The notes beneath the pieces were generated by a model that was not told the origin of the DNA, did not search any database, and saw only the letters and a list, made by a program, of their open reading frames with translations. Shown one piece after another: positions 1 to 9,126 of a stretch of DNA of 43,441 nucleotides (its first letter is position 1; each line of letters opens with the position of its first letter). The DNA is from Sumerlaeia bacterium (GTDB taxonomy: Bacteria > Sumerlaeota > Sumerlaeia > SLMS01 > JAHLLQ01). A program made the position numbers and the translations under genes. The stretch covers positions 1-43,441 of the forward strand of contig JAVJSW010000053.1 in the NCBI GenBank assembly GCA_040219255.1, given 5' to 3'.

Positions 1-7
1 ACGGCAT
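1..7 (-). CDS. IS481-family transposase, first codons only (partial)
   Basis: ATG CCG T(GG?) follows AGGAGG inside the IS end; the rest lies outside the window. Confidence 0.55.
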
Positions 8-44
8 GACCAGGTGTCCTCCTGGCGAGCCATCCTGAAGATGC

Positions 45-109
45 TGTCACCCCTGTCTCCGGAAAGTGTTACCGATGTTGCCGGATCGATCTGTTACCGA
101 TGTCTCCGG
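45..109. repeat. Three subterminal direct repeats TGTYACCSMTGTYKCCGG (putative transposase-binding sites)
   Basis: tgtcacccctgtctccgg 45-62; tgttaccgatgttgccgg 67-84; tgttaccgatgtctccgg 92-109. Confidence 0.85.
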
Positions 110-143
110 TTCGTACAGAGGGGGACCTCACTCCTCCTGCCCC

Positions 144-1676
144 TTACAGGCCCCACTTGCGAATCCCACCTTCGCCGGGGTCGCTGCTGAACCATCGCTC
201 GGTCACCACTTTGGTTTCCGTGTAGAACTGGATCGCGTCGGGTCCGTGGGCGTGGAGGCTGCCGAAGAAGCTGTCTTTCCAGCCGCAGAAGCTGAAGTTC
301 GCCATGGGTACGGGGATCGGGACGTTGATGCCGACCATGCCGACGGTGCATTCGCGCATGTAGCGCCGGGCCGCTCCGCCCGAATTCGTGAAGATCGCCG
401 TGCCGTTGCCAAAGGCGTTGCCGTTTACGATTTCAAGCGCCTCGTCGAGCGACTTCGCCCGCAGCACCACCAGCACCGGGCCGAAGATTTCGTCGCGGTA
501 GATCGACATTTCGGTCGTTACGCGGTCGAAAAGGCTCGGGGCGATAAAGTGTCCGCCTGCTGTGTTGTCGCCCTGGGGGCCGCGCTGACGTCCATCGACG
601 ACGAGGGTGGCGCCTTCGTCCACGCCTTTGCCCAGATAACCCCGGACGCGATCGCGGGCATCGGCGGTGATCAGGGGGCCCATCTCGCTCTCGGCCCGGC
701 ATCCGGCGCCGAGCCGCAGGTTCGCCGCCTCCTTGGCGAGACCCTCGACGAGCGGATCGCCAATGTCTCCCACGGCGACGACGGCGCTGATGGCCATGCA
801 GCGCTGACCCGCGGAGCCATAGGCGGCGGCCGTCAAGGCCTGAACGGTTTTCTCGAGGTCCGCGTCCGGTAACACCACAGCGTGATTCTTCGCCCCGCCC
901 AGCGCCTGGACGCGCTTGCCATGGGCCGACGCCTTGGCGTGGACGGCCTTGGCCACCGGGGTTGAACCGACGAAGGAAACGGCCTTCACATCCGGCAGGG
1001 TGCAGAGCGCCTCGCCCAGTTCCTTCCCGCCGGTCACCATGTTCAGCACGCCGGGGGGCAGGCCGATTTCGTCCAGCATCCGGGCGATCATCATGATGGT
1101 CAGCGGGTCTTTTTCACTCGGTTTCAAAACGAACGTGTTCCCCAGCGCGATCGCCAGCGGCAGCATCCACATCGGCACCATCATCGGAAAATTGAAGGGC
1201 GTGATGCCCGCCACCACGCCCAGCGGCATGCGATGGGACACGCAATCGATGCCCGAGGAAATATCAAGCAGCGACTCGCCCTTCATGTGGGCAAAGGTCC
1301 CGGCGGCGAACTCCACCATGTCGATGGCGCGGCGGACTTCGCCGGCGGCGTCGGGCACGGTCTTGCCGTGTTCGCGCGAGAGGCTGGCGGCCAGCTCGTC
1401 CTGGGCGGCGACCATGCGCTGGCGCAATTCGAAGAGGATGTGGCAGCGCTTCTGCACCGGAGTGTCGCGCCAGGCGGGAAAGGCTTTGGCCGCGGCGGCC
1501 ACGGCGCGCTCGGCGTCCGAGCGTCCGCCCAAAGGGCAGCGAGCGATGACTTCGCCGGTGGCGGAATCGGTGACGTCCTCATAGGCCTGGGCGTCGGATT
1601 CGACCCATTGGCCGCCGATGTAGGCTTTCAGGGGGGCGAGATCGGTTCCGGACTGGGGGGCTTCGCTGACGGTCAT
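144..1676 (-). CDS. mmsA: CoA-acylating methylmalonate-semialdehyde dehydrogenase
   Basis: ALDH motifs ITPFNFP, LKPSEKDP, SFVGSTP, RVQALGGAKNH, catalytic GQRCMA, EIFGP, GINVPIPVP. An AGGAG SD precedes the ATG at 1676. Confidence 0.95.
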   Translation of the reverse strand: MTVSEAPQSGTDLAPLKAYIGGQWVESDAQAYEDVTDSATGEVIARCPLGGRSDAERAVAAAAKAFPAWRDTPVQKRCHILFELRQRMVAAQDELAASLSREHGKTVPDAAGEVRRAIDMVEFAAGTFAHMKGESLLDISSGIDCVSHRMPLGVVAGITPFNFPMMVPMWMLPLAIALGNTFVLKPSEKDPLTIMMIARMLDEIGLPPGVLNMVTGGKELGEALCTLPDVKAVSFVGSTPVAKAVHAKASAHGKRVQALGGAKNHAVVLPDADLEKTVQALTAAAYGSAGQRCMAISAVVAVGDIGDPLVEGLAKEAANLRLGAGCRAESEMGPLITADARDRVRGYLGKGVDEGATLVVDGRQRGPQGDNTAGGHFIAPSLFDRVTTEMSIYRDEIFGPVLVVLRAKSLDEALEIVNGNAFGNGTAIFTNSGGAARRYMRECTVGMVGINVPIPVPMANFSFCGWKDSFFGSLHAHGPDAIQFYTETKVVTERWFSSDPGEGGIRKWGL

Positions 1677-1868
1677 TGGGTGGGGCTCCTTGAAGGGTGA
1701 TGACGAGGGGGCCAGAAGGATTGGTTTTCTGGAAATCAACTGGGAACTGTGCCTAGACTGGTGGGCTCGCGCAATTCCTTTTCGAGCAGTTCTGGCTTGA
1801 GCCGTTCCAATTCCTTCGCCGAAAACCTGTTTGCTTCACGCTCGATCTTATTGTCGAAAGCCACCGCC

Positions 1869-3491
1869 ATGTCTGACATGATGCCCCCTCCCATTCCTGT
1901 ACAGGCACCTCCACCAATGGCTCCGGCAGGTTTCGCGCCGTTCCACGGACGCCCCCGCTATCGCCCCGAAGGCTCCTCCGGGCGTGGGTTCGCCAAGGGC
2001 ATGATGCTCATCATCGGAGCCATGATTCTCGCTGGCCTGGCGGCGCGATGGTTCACCGGCGTCGCGGCGGAGAACAGTTCGAGCCCAATGATCGCCGTCT
2101 GGCGCGTCATGGCCCCGCTCCTCGGACCGATCCTGGGCTACGTCCTGCTCTTGCGCATGCAGCCGAAAATGATCGTCTGCCGCGTGTGGCTGCTGTTGCT
2201 GGTTTCGACGCTGCTGTGTGTGTCTTACGGTGTCGCCTACGAGACCTTCGGCAAGGGGGCCTTGATCCCGCGATTGGCCTCCGAAGGCCTGACGGTCGCC
2301 ACTGGCCTTGGCCTCGCCTGGTGGCTTCTGCGCACCGGCCTGCTGGTCGCCGTGGGATTCCTGGTGGTGGGCTCCGATGCGTTCCGGGTCACCTATGGGC
2401 GGGGGCCCGACCTGCGCTGGGCGCGGGTTCGCGAAGCCTACTTCCACCCCTATGGATTGCAGCCGGTGATGGCGGCCCTCCAGGCGGCAGACGCCCCCAC
2501 CATCGCGCGCTTTCGCATGCCGCCGCCGGTCTCGCGAGCTGATGGCAACAACGCCTATGTCGTGATCCAGATTTCGACGGACCCGCGGGACGAAGCCGGT
2601 TCTCCCGCTTACCTCTTCCTGAAAGACGTCAGCGCCGGAGGCGGCCCGGCCATGGCGCGCTCGGTGCATCTCTCGCCCGGTTCGGCCAAAATCAAGCACG
2701 CGCGCCTCCACCCCGGCGAGCGCGAACGCCTCCTGGCGCTTCTGCCAGACATGATCGACGCCACGGAATTGGCCCGGAAAGCGGAAATCCGCCGCGACGA
2801 CCGCACGCCGCTCGGCCTCCTGCCCGGCACGCCGCCCCGCGTCGAAAACCCGCAGACGGGCTCGCTGATCGAACTGCTGCCGCCTGGCGAGCGCCGCAAC
2901 TTCGTTCTGCGGGGCAACGCTGGAATCATAACCTTTCTCGCCTGCTTCGTCGTCGGTTTCCTGCTCCTGTTCGTGGCCGAGCCATTGGCGCAGAAAATCG
3001 CGCCGGAAAACAAACTGGTCGAGGCGGGCCTCGGCGCGGTGGCGGGCTTGGGAATGCTGGGCGGCATGCTGTTCTGGCTCGTGCAGAGCCTGCTCGCGGG
3101 CAAGCTCGCCGCCCGCCAGCTGCGCCGCCGACCGGGGCGCCTCTTCGAACCCGATGAAGGCTGCCTCCACCTCAAGATCGAAGAGTCCCACACCTACAAT
3201 CGGATGAAAGCCTTCGAAGACGATCAGGGGATGCTGTGCCTGCGCCCTGGCTGGTTCTTGCTGGAAACCGGCTCGACACGCATTCGCCTCGCCGCCGCGG
3301 ATGTCCGGATGGAGGTTCAGCACACGGCCCAGACGGCATCGTTGCGCATCTTCAGCACCGTCGGCGGACACGAATGGGGCATCGTCGCGCGCGAGACCCG
3401 GGGCCGCTTTGGCGGGTTCCTCTCCAGCCACAAAGGTCGCGCGGAAGGGCTCTGGCGTCATATTTACGAGGAACTGACGCGACCTCACTGA
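1869..3491 (+). CDS. Multi-pass membrane protein of unknown function
   Basis: Long ORF with host-like codon use, a Pro-rich N-terminus, ~4 N-terminal and 2 central hydrophobic segments. Confidence 0.75.
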   Translation: MSDMMPPPIPVQAPPPMAPAGFAPFHGRPRYRPEGSSGRGFAKGMMLIIGAMILAGLAARWFTGVAAENSSSPMIAVWRVMAPLLGPILGYVLLLRMQPKMIVCRVWLLLLVSTLLCVSYGVAYETFGKGALIPRLASEGLTVATGLGLAWWLLRTGLLVAVGFLVVGSDAFRVTYGRGPDLRWARVREAYFHPYGLQPVMAALQAADAPTIARFRMPPPVSRADGNNAYVVIQISTDPRDEAGSPAYLFLKDVSAGGGPAMARSVHLSPGSAKIKHARLHPGERERLLALLPDMIDATELARKAEIRRDDRTPLGLLPGTPPRVENPQTGSLIELLPPGERRNFVLRGNAGIITFLACFVVGFLLLFVAEPLAQKIAPENKLVEAGLGAVAGLGMLGGMLFWLVQSLLAGKLAARQLRRRPGRLFEPDEGCLHLKIEESHTYNRMKAFEDDQGMLCLRPGWFLLETGSTRIRLAAADVRMEVQHTAQTASLRIFSTVGGHEWGIVARETRGRFGGFLSSHKGRAEGLWRHIYEELTRPH

Positions 3492-3523
3492 ACCGATTCA
3501 CTATCCAAAGGAACACCGAATCC

Positions 3524-4273
3524 ATGTCCACCCCTTGGCCCTTCCCCTCCCCCACCGCCGACGGCTGTCAATCCCCCCACGGCTCCTATCTCCGCCCTGT
3601 GCCAGAAGGCGAACGCATGGCGCTCGGCGACGTCGTTGCCAGCGCAAAGAAGAAAGGCGCGATCAAGGGCGTCCTGACGTTCCTGCTGGCCGTGGTGCTA
3701 CCACTGGTGCTGATCAGCTGGATAATCGGCGGGGCCGGCACAATGGGCAAGGTCCTGCTGTCGTGCGGCGGGTTGCTCGTCGTGGCGATCGGGGCGTTCT
3801 TCACCGTCGTGTTCGCGGTACAGAAAAACGTCAACGAGTTGGGTAAGGCTTGCAAAGCCGAATACGCCAAGCGCTCCGACCCGCTCTTTACCATCCCCGA
3901 CCGCGTCACGCCGGATCCCTCCGACAGCCGCGTTCTCGTCCGCGTGCAGGCCGCCGATGGAGCGCCGGCCAGCGCCGAATGCGGCTACGCCCACTTCCGG
4001 CCGGGGGTTCTGGAGATGGAATTGGAGGGCAGCAGGGCCAGCATCCAGGCCATCGACGCCATGGTGGAATTCGCTGCCGAATCGCCATCGCTCCCGATCC
4101 TCAGCGTTGATTTCGGCGACGTCCAATGGCGGGTGCGGATGAAGCTGCTGGGCCTGCCCGACCGCCCCCGCGTCCAGGAAGCGGTTACGCAAATGCTCAG
4201 CCTGTTCATGGGCGGCGGCGCCCTCGACCTTGAAGACGAAGAGGACGAGGACCTGGGCGAGGAGAATACCTGA
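3524..4273 (+). CDS. Two-TM membrane protein of unknown function, paralogous to the C-terminal half of the upstream gene
   Basis: AAGGA SD, two TM segments and an acidic tail. Shares the GS..x.P.GER, LF.P and G....RPG...E motifs with the upstream ORF. Confidence 0.75.
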   Translation: MSTPWPFPSPTADGCQSPHGSYLRPVPEGERMALGDVVASAKKKGAIKGVLTFLLAVVLPLVLISWIIGGAGTMGKVLLSCGGLLVVAIGAFFTVVFAVQKNVNELGKACKAEYAKRSDPLFTIPDRVTPDPSDSRVLVRVQAADGAPASAECGYAHFRPGVLEMELEGSRASIQAIDAMVEFAAESPSLPILSVDFGDVQWRVRMKLLGLPDRPRVQEAVTQMLSLFMGGGALDLEDEEDEDLGEENT

Positions 4274-4293
4274 GGCGGAAGGACTGACGAGGC

Positions 4294-6921
4294 CTACATT
4301 CCAGAGATCACATCGGCGACATCCACAACAAAGTCATCGTTCACGTCATCGGCGCCGGTCACCGGACGCGTTCCCAGAATTGGCTGTGTGGCTTCTTCAG
4401 GGGTAGGAGTCGCGGACGGTGTTGGGGTTGGCGTGGCAGTAGGTGTCTGTGTGGGTGTCGGCGTCTGAGTCACCGTTGGAGTAGGAGTGGCTGTCGGCGT
4501 TGCGGTTGGGGTCGCTGTCGGAGTAGGAGTCAACGTCGGTGATGGCGTGGGCGTCGGCGTCAAGGTCGGCGTCAGAGTGGGAGTCGGGGTTGGAGTCGGC
4601 GTAGGTGTGGGAGTGGGTGTCGGCGTCGCCTGGACCTCGAAAGCGCCACGGTCCACGGTGCCGTTCTTGATGCGCGGAAAGCCAGTCCCGCGCTGGTCGT
4701 TGAAGGGCGCCGCTTCGTCGGGACCCTCAAGGAAGAACTGGGTCACGAGGGCCGAATCGCCCGAATCGACCGGCGGACCGGTGTCGTTGATGAGGACTGT
4801 TTCCAGGAGCCCGCCATTGTCCGCCCGGGCTGTGCTGTCCATCCCGACGTCGATGCTGTTGGGAAAGGTGCTGACGATGTCATTGTTCTCGCCCTCGACC
4901 AGGCCGCTCGTCCCTGCATCGTGAACGATGTTATGGCCGAGGGAGACCAGCGGTCCAGAAACGTCGTTTGTCATGTCGTCATCGAGAACATCGTTTCCGA
5001 AGACGATCGTGTTGCCGATACGCACGGTGGCGGAAGGGTCCATGACAAAGATGCCTCCGCCTCCATGTTGCGAGGAATTGCCCACAATCGTGCTGTTGAT
5101 CACGGTCACATCGCCACCGGCGGCGATGCCGATACCGCCGCCATAGGCGGTCAAGTCGCCCTTGCCATTGCCCTGGAGGGTCGAATTGGCAAGCACCAGT
5201 TCAGCGCCCTCGCCAACCCAGATCGCCCCGCCGTATGCCGGCGGCGGTTCTTGGGCGCCGGAGTTGTACCCATTGTCGTTGCTGTGAAAGAGGCAACTCT
5301 GGACGTGGGCGCGGGTGCCGGGACGCAGCCCGAGCGCACCGCCCAGTTCTCCATCGGCTCCGCTCAGATTGTTCTGAAACAGGCGCAATTCGCTCTGCGT
5401 GCTCTGGTGTTCAATGATGCCGCCGTATCGAGGCCGGGAACCTTCGGGCTGCAATTCCCACCCCTTGATGACGGTGGGCTCGCCTCTGGCCAAGCGGCTA
5501 ACGATAAGGCGAGGGCCCACGACGGTGTTGAGGCTGCCGCCGGGCGCGGCGACCTGGAGTGGGTTGCGCATCACGAAGGGATCGACCTCGCCGAGTGTGA
5601 TACGCCGGGCCAGGGGCAATTCGACAGTCTGGACGGAGTCTTCGGGCGAGTTCTCGAAAATCGACCGCAGGTTGTACGATTCGTTGATGAGCGGATCGAT
5701 CAGGTCGTCTTCGCGGCTCTCCAGTATCACGGTGCGGCTCTGCAATTCAAAGGCCCCGACGTCGATGCCATCGATGTTGCGATGAAAGCCGCGAGCATCC
5801 GCCGCGCCGATCCGCTGAAAAAGCTCCACATAGGCATCCACGAGTTCATCCGCGCCTATGCCGAGTTGTGGCACCAGCGCCGCGTTGATGGCCGGGCTGC
5901 CTTCGAGCAGCGCGCACGTCCTTACCAGTCCGCCGTTGTCGGCCAAAGCTCCCAATATGGCATTCAGCGGCGAGGACGTTGTCCCAACCTGATCGCTGTT
6001 CTCTCCGTCGATGAACGTTTCGAGATTGTCCTGCACACCGATCACGTTGCCACCAAGGCTGGCGAAATCGCCGTCGCCGGTGAAGTCGAAATTCTTCGCG
6101 ATGTCGGGGTGGCTCCCCCCGATGTTGCCGGCGATGATGGAGTTTCCGATGCTGAGAGTCTCCGCGTAAGAGACCACGGCGGCTCCATTGGGATTTGTTG
6201 TCGTGTTGCCGGTGATGGTACAGTGCAGCAACCGCACGTTCGCCGCGGCGGAAGAAACGGCCCCGTTATCGGCCGACGTATTGCCAAAAAAGGTGCTGTT
6301 CAGGACCAGGCAGTCCTGCGGTGTCGCCGTAAACGCGACGCTGAGCCCCGGGCCGCCGTTGTTGGAAAAGAGACAACTGTCAAAGCGAAGCATGCCGCTG
6401 AAGGAGGACTCGACTCGGACTCCCGTGCTGCCGTTGCCGGTGACCTCGACCCAGGTCATGCTCACGTCGCCGCTTCCGTCGCTTTCACCCGAAATCGAAA
6501 GGCCAAGGTTCGCACTCGGTCCCAGCGTGATGCCTTCCAACTCGATAACTTCGCCCGGCCCCGGCGTAATGTAGAAAATGCGGCTGCCACCGCTTTGGAG
6601 CGTGGTCGTGAAAATAGTCTGACCCACCCCGTTGCCAAGGATCTCCAACGTCTTGTTCACACGGAGGAAACGGTCGAGAACGATGGCTTGGCCATTGAGG
6701 TTCGCATCGAACAGAATCGTATCGCCCGGTTCGGCGGCTTCGACCGCCTCGCGAAAGGAAACCTCCGGCAGGTCGCCGTGGTTCATCTCGTCCTGAATCG
6801 TGGTGACGACGATTTCCTTGGCAGCGGCCAAGCCCGGAGCAATCAGTCCAGCCAGCACAAGGATCGATGCCAAGGCCAGTCTTGTGGGGCGCGGGTGTTG
6901 GGACAAACAATCAAGAGACAT
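4294..6921 (-). CDS. Secreted CSLREA-like parallel beta-helix (choice-of-anchor Q-like) protein with Thr-Pro linker and C-terminal dockerin-like tail
   Basis: Signal peptide (..LAAAKE); VTTIQDE..SFREAV; GGAI/N repeats; two LADNGG..T.....SPAIN/D...D.RG..R....D.GAFE modules; (TP)n linker; tail [13 protein letters not shown]. The start could also be 6954. Confidence 0.85.
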   Translation of the reverse strand: MSLDCLSQHPRPTRLALASILVLAGLIAPGLAAAKEIVVTTIQDEMNHGDLPEVSFREAVEAAEPGDTILFDANLNGQAIVLDRFLRVNKTLEILGNGVGQTIFTTTLQSGGSRIFYITPGPGEVIELEGITLGPSANLGLSISGESDGSGDVSMTWVEVTGNGSTGVRVESSFSGMLRFDSCLFSNNGGPGLSVAFTATPQDCLVLNSTFFGNTSADNGAVSSAAANVRLLHCTITGNTTTNPNGAAVVSYAETLSIGNSIIAGNIGGSHPDIAKNFDFTGDGDFASLGGNVIGVQDNLETFIDGENSDQVGTTSSPLNAILGALADNGGLVRTCALLEGSPAINAALVPQLGIGADELVDAYVELFQRIGAADARGFHRNIDGIDVGAFELQSRTVILESREDDLIDPLINESYNLRSIFENSPEDSVQTVELPLARRITLGEVDPFVMRNPLQVAAPGGSLNTVVGPRLIVSRLARGEPTVIKGWELQPEGSRPRYGGIIEHQSTQSELRLFQNNLSGADGELGGALGLRPGTRAHVQSCLFHSNDNGYNSGAQEPPPAYGGAIWVGEGAELVLANSTLQGNGKGDLTAYGGGIGIAAGGDVTVINSTIVGNSSQHGGGGIFVMDPSATVRIGNTIVFGNDVLDDDMTNDVSGPLVSLGHNIVHDAGTSGLVEGENNDIVSTFPNSIDVGMDSTARADNGGLLETVLINDTGPPVDSGDSALVTQFFLEGPDEAAPFNDQRGTGFPRIKNGTVDRGAFEVQATPTPTPTPTPTPTPTPTLTPTLTPTPTPSPTLTPTPTATPTATPTATPTPTVTQTPTPTQTPTATPTPTPSATPTPEEATQPILGTRPVTGADDVNDDFVVDVADVISGM
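4400..4626 (-). repeat. Thr-Pro coding tandem repeat (linker)
   Basis: Degenerate 6-bp periodic repeat encoding TPTPTP... Confidence 0.9.
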
Positions 6922-7214
6922 CGTATCGGCTCTTCCTAGAATTCCAGAAACCAAGGGCGCGACGGATCAAGCGCACTGGGACGGACCCTGATTTGGTCAG
7001 GTGACTCTATGGATGAAGCCGTCTCGCGATGAGTATGGCAACCACCAAAACCCTTCGGGTTGCAGTTGCATGAGTCCCAGGGGCTCTGACTGCTGCCCAC
7101 GGCGAGACCCCCTCCGGTTTCGCTTGCCGTGCCCCCGCCAAACGGTACGTTTCTTGAACGCTCTCAGGCGGGACCTTCGTCCCCGGAGCTTACCATTCAC
7201 CGAACGGAGCGGGC

Positions 7215-9122
7215 ATGGGTACGGAATCGAACGGGACGGCTGAGATCGACGCGGCGTCTGACAACGGCGCGGCATCTCAGCCACCCCAAAGCAACCTGGA
7301 CCGAGGGATGAACAAGATCTGGAAAGCCTTCACTTCATTGAAGATGGGTCTCTTCCTGCTCTCCGTCATCGCCGCCGTTTGCGTCTATGGGACGATGCAC
7401 TACGCCGCCAGTTCGGACTGGGGCGATAATGCGATTCCACTAGCCAAAGCCCGCGTATTCAACGCCTGGTGGTTCTTCTGGTTGTTGGGTATCTTCTTTC
7501 TCCAGTTCGTCATCTCGACTTGGCCAGTGACCAAAATGAGTGCACGCATCTGGTGGAAACGCGACTTCCAGCGCGACCCGCGCTTCTATCGCCTGCCTCG
7601 CGGCCGCGCGAGCCTCAAGGTTCCCAGCGGCCTGGAGCACATCCGCGCCGTCCTGCGCCAAGATTTCACCCGCACCCACGAGGACGGGAACGCTTTCTTC
7701 GCTCACAAGGGCCTCCTGCAACGCATCGGGCCCACCGTCATTCACACCGGCATCGTGGTGATTTTGATCGCCGGCCTCGTTCGCATCGTGATGGAACGCA
7801 ACGGCCTCATTCTCAGTGAAGGCCGCTTCTTCGCCCAGGAAGGCCAAACGCTTAGCAACATTTACGCGCCCCGCTTCATGGACCAAGCCGTCAGCGCGAC
7901 AAATTTGCGCGAACTGTCCGTGCCTTTCGACATCAAAGTGCTCGACTTCGATGAGGTCCTCCACCCCAACAGCAACCAGCCCGAGTATTTCTCCACGCTC
8001 CTGCAAGTCCGCGACAAAGCCACCGGAAACGTCCGAGTGGCCAAGCTGGACATGAACCACAGCCTGCGCATCGGCAACCTGGAGTACCACCAGGCCGGCT
8101 ACTTCAAGATCGACGATCCGGGCTTCTATCGCGTCAATTTCGACGTGCGCGACGCCGTCACCGGCGAGCGCATCGCCGTCACCGACGCGGGCCCCGGTAC
8201 ACGTGTCCAGGTTGGCGACGAGGACCTGTTCCTCGAAGTGGATGGCGAGAATCCGGGCGATTCCTGGCGCCTTTACAGCAGCGCCACTCCCCTGCAACCG
8301 TTCGCCGAAGGCCGGCTCATCGCCACGCCGCGCGACGCCACGGTCACCTATCACGTCCACAAATTCTATCCCGACTTCCGCGTCCGCGAAGCCGCCACCA
8401 ATGAGAACGACAGCGGACTCGAACCCTTCTCCGCATCCAACGTTCCCAAGAATCCCGCGGTCCTCATCTCCTGGAACGCGGACGGCATTCCCGGCGAGGC
8501 CTGGGTTTTCCTCGACAAGCAACTGGCCGCCGCCATGCCCGAGCATGACGAGACTATCCAGTTCGTTCTCGAAGACATCCAGATCCCCGCCGACGCCGAT
8601 TTCGAAACCCTCGACTGGAACGAACCGGGCGCGGCCCGCTTTGTCCTCTCAGTCACGAATCGCTCGACCGGCGAAACCATCGAGCGCGACATCCTGGACA
8701 TCGAGGAAGACGGCGAGGCGGACTACACCATCGTCCCGCAAACCCAGGTCGATACCGGCGATGCCCCCTACATCGTGGCCGCCGTCGAACGAGTTCCGCT
8801 TTACGGCACAAACCTCAGCGTCGTCCGCGAACCGGTCGTTCCCTTCTACATCCTCGGCGTGGCCATCATCGCCATCGGCGCCACCATGACCTTCATGACG
8901 CGCTACCGGGCGCTCCACGGACTTTGGGAGGAGGAGACGCGGACGCTTCATGTGGCCTACGTGCCGCGCTTCGGCAAGGAACCGGACCCGGCCGATTTCC
9001 AGCGCCTCATCCGGAAACTGGAGGACGCCTCCAATCCCCCGCCAGAGACTCGCGCCAGTTCAACGGGCGACGCCGAAACAGAATCCGCCGAAACGGAACG
9101 GGAAACCGCCGGAGTGGCTTGA
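7215..9122 (+). CDS. resB: Cytochrome c biogenesis protein ResB/Ccs1 (system II)
   Basis: FTSLKMGLFLL..IA...YGT, F.AWWF, GPTVIHTG (conserved His), MNHSL..G....Q.GY, and V.EP before the C-terminal TM. Lies directly upstream of ccsA. Confidence 0.9.
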   Translation: MGTESNGTAEIDAASDNGAASQPPQSNLDRGMNKIWKAFTSLKMGLFLLSVIAAVCVYGTMHYAASSDWGDNAIPLAKARVFNAWWFFWLLGIFFLQFVISTWPVTKMSARIWWKRDFQRDPRFYRLPRGRASLKVPSGLEHIRAVLRQDFTRTHEDGNAFFAHKGLLQRIGPTVIHTGIVVILIAGLVRIVMERNGLILSEGRFFAQEGQTLSNIYAPRFMDQAVSATNLRELSVPFDIKVLDFDEVLHPNSNQPEYFSTLLQVRDKATGNVRVAKLDMNHSLRIGNLEYHQAGYFKIDDPGFYRVNFDVRDAVTGERIAVTDAGPGTRVQVGDEDLFLEVDGENPGDSWRLYSSATPLQPFAEGRLIATPRDATVTYHVHKFYPDFRVREAATNENDSGLEPFSASNVPKNPAVLISWNADGIPGEAWVFLDKQLAAAMPEHDETIQFVLEDIQIPADADFETLDWNEPGAARFVLSVTNRSTGETIERDILDIEEDGEADYTIVPQTQVDTGDAPYIVAAVERVPLYGTNLSVVREPVVPFYILGVAIIAIGATMTFMTRYRALHGLWEEETRTLHVAYVPRFGKEPDPADFQRLIRKLEDASNPPPETRASSTGDAETESAETERETAGVA

Positions 9123-9126
9123 ACTT

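Larger units (their letters stand above)
1..117 (-). mobile_element. IS481-family insertion sequence, left end (truncated by window edge)
   Basis: The minus strand begins TGTACGAACCGGAGACATCGGTAACA..., giving a TGT terminus at 117. There are three ~18-bp internal repeats (45-62, 67-84, 92-109), then an AGGAGG SD and ATG-CCG-T.., compatible with the MPW start typical of IS481 transposases. Confidence 0.8.

Noticed and set aside
45-109. Short direct repeats as a possible CRISPR array
   Set aside because: The spacers are only 4-7 bp, no cas genes are present and the layout fits IS481 subterminal repeats.
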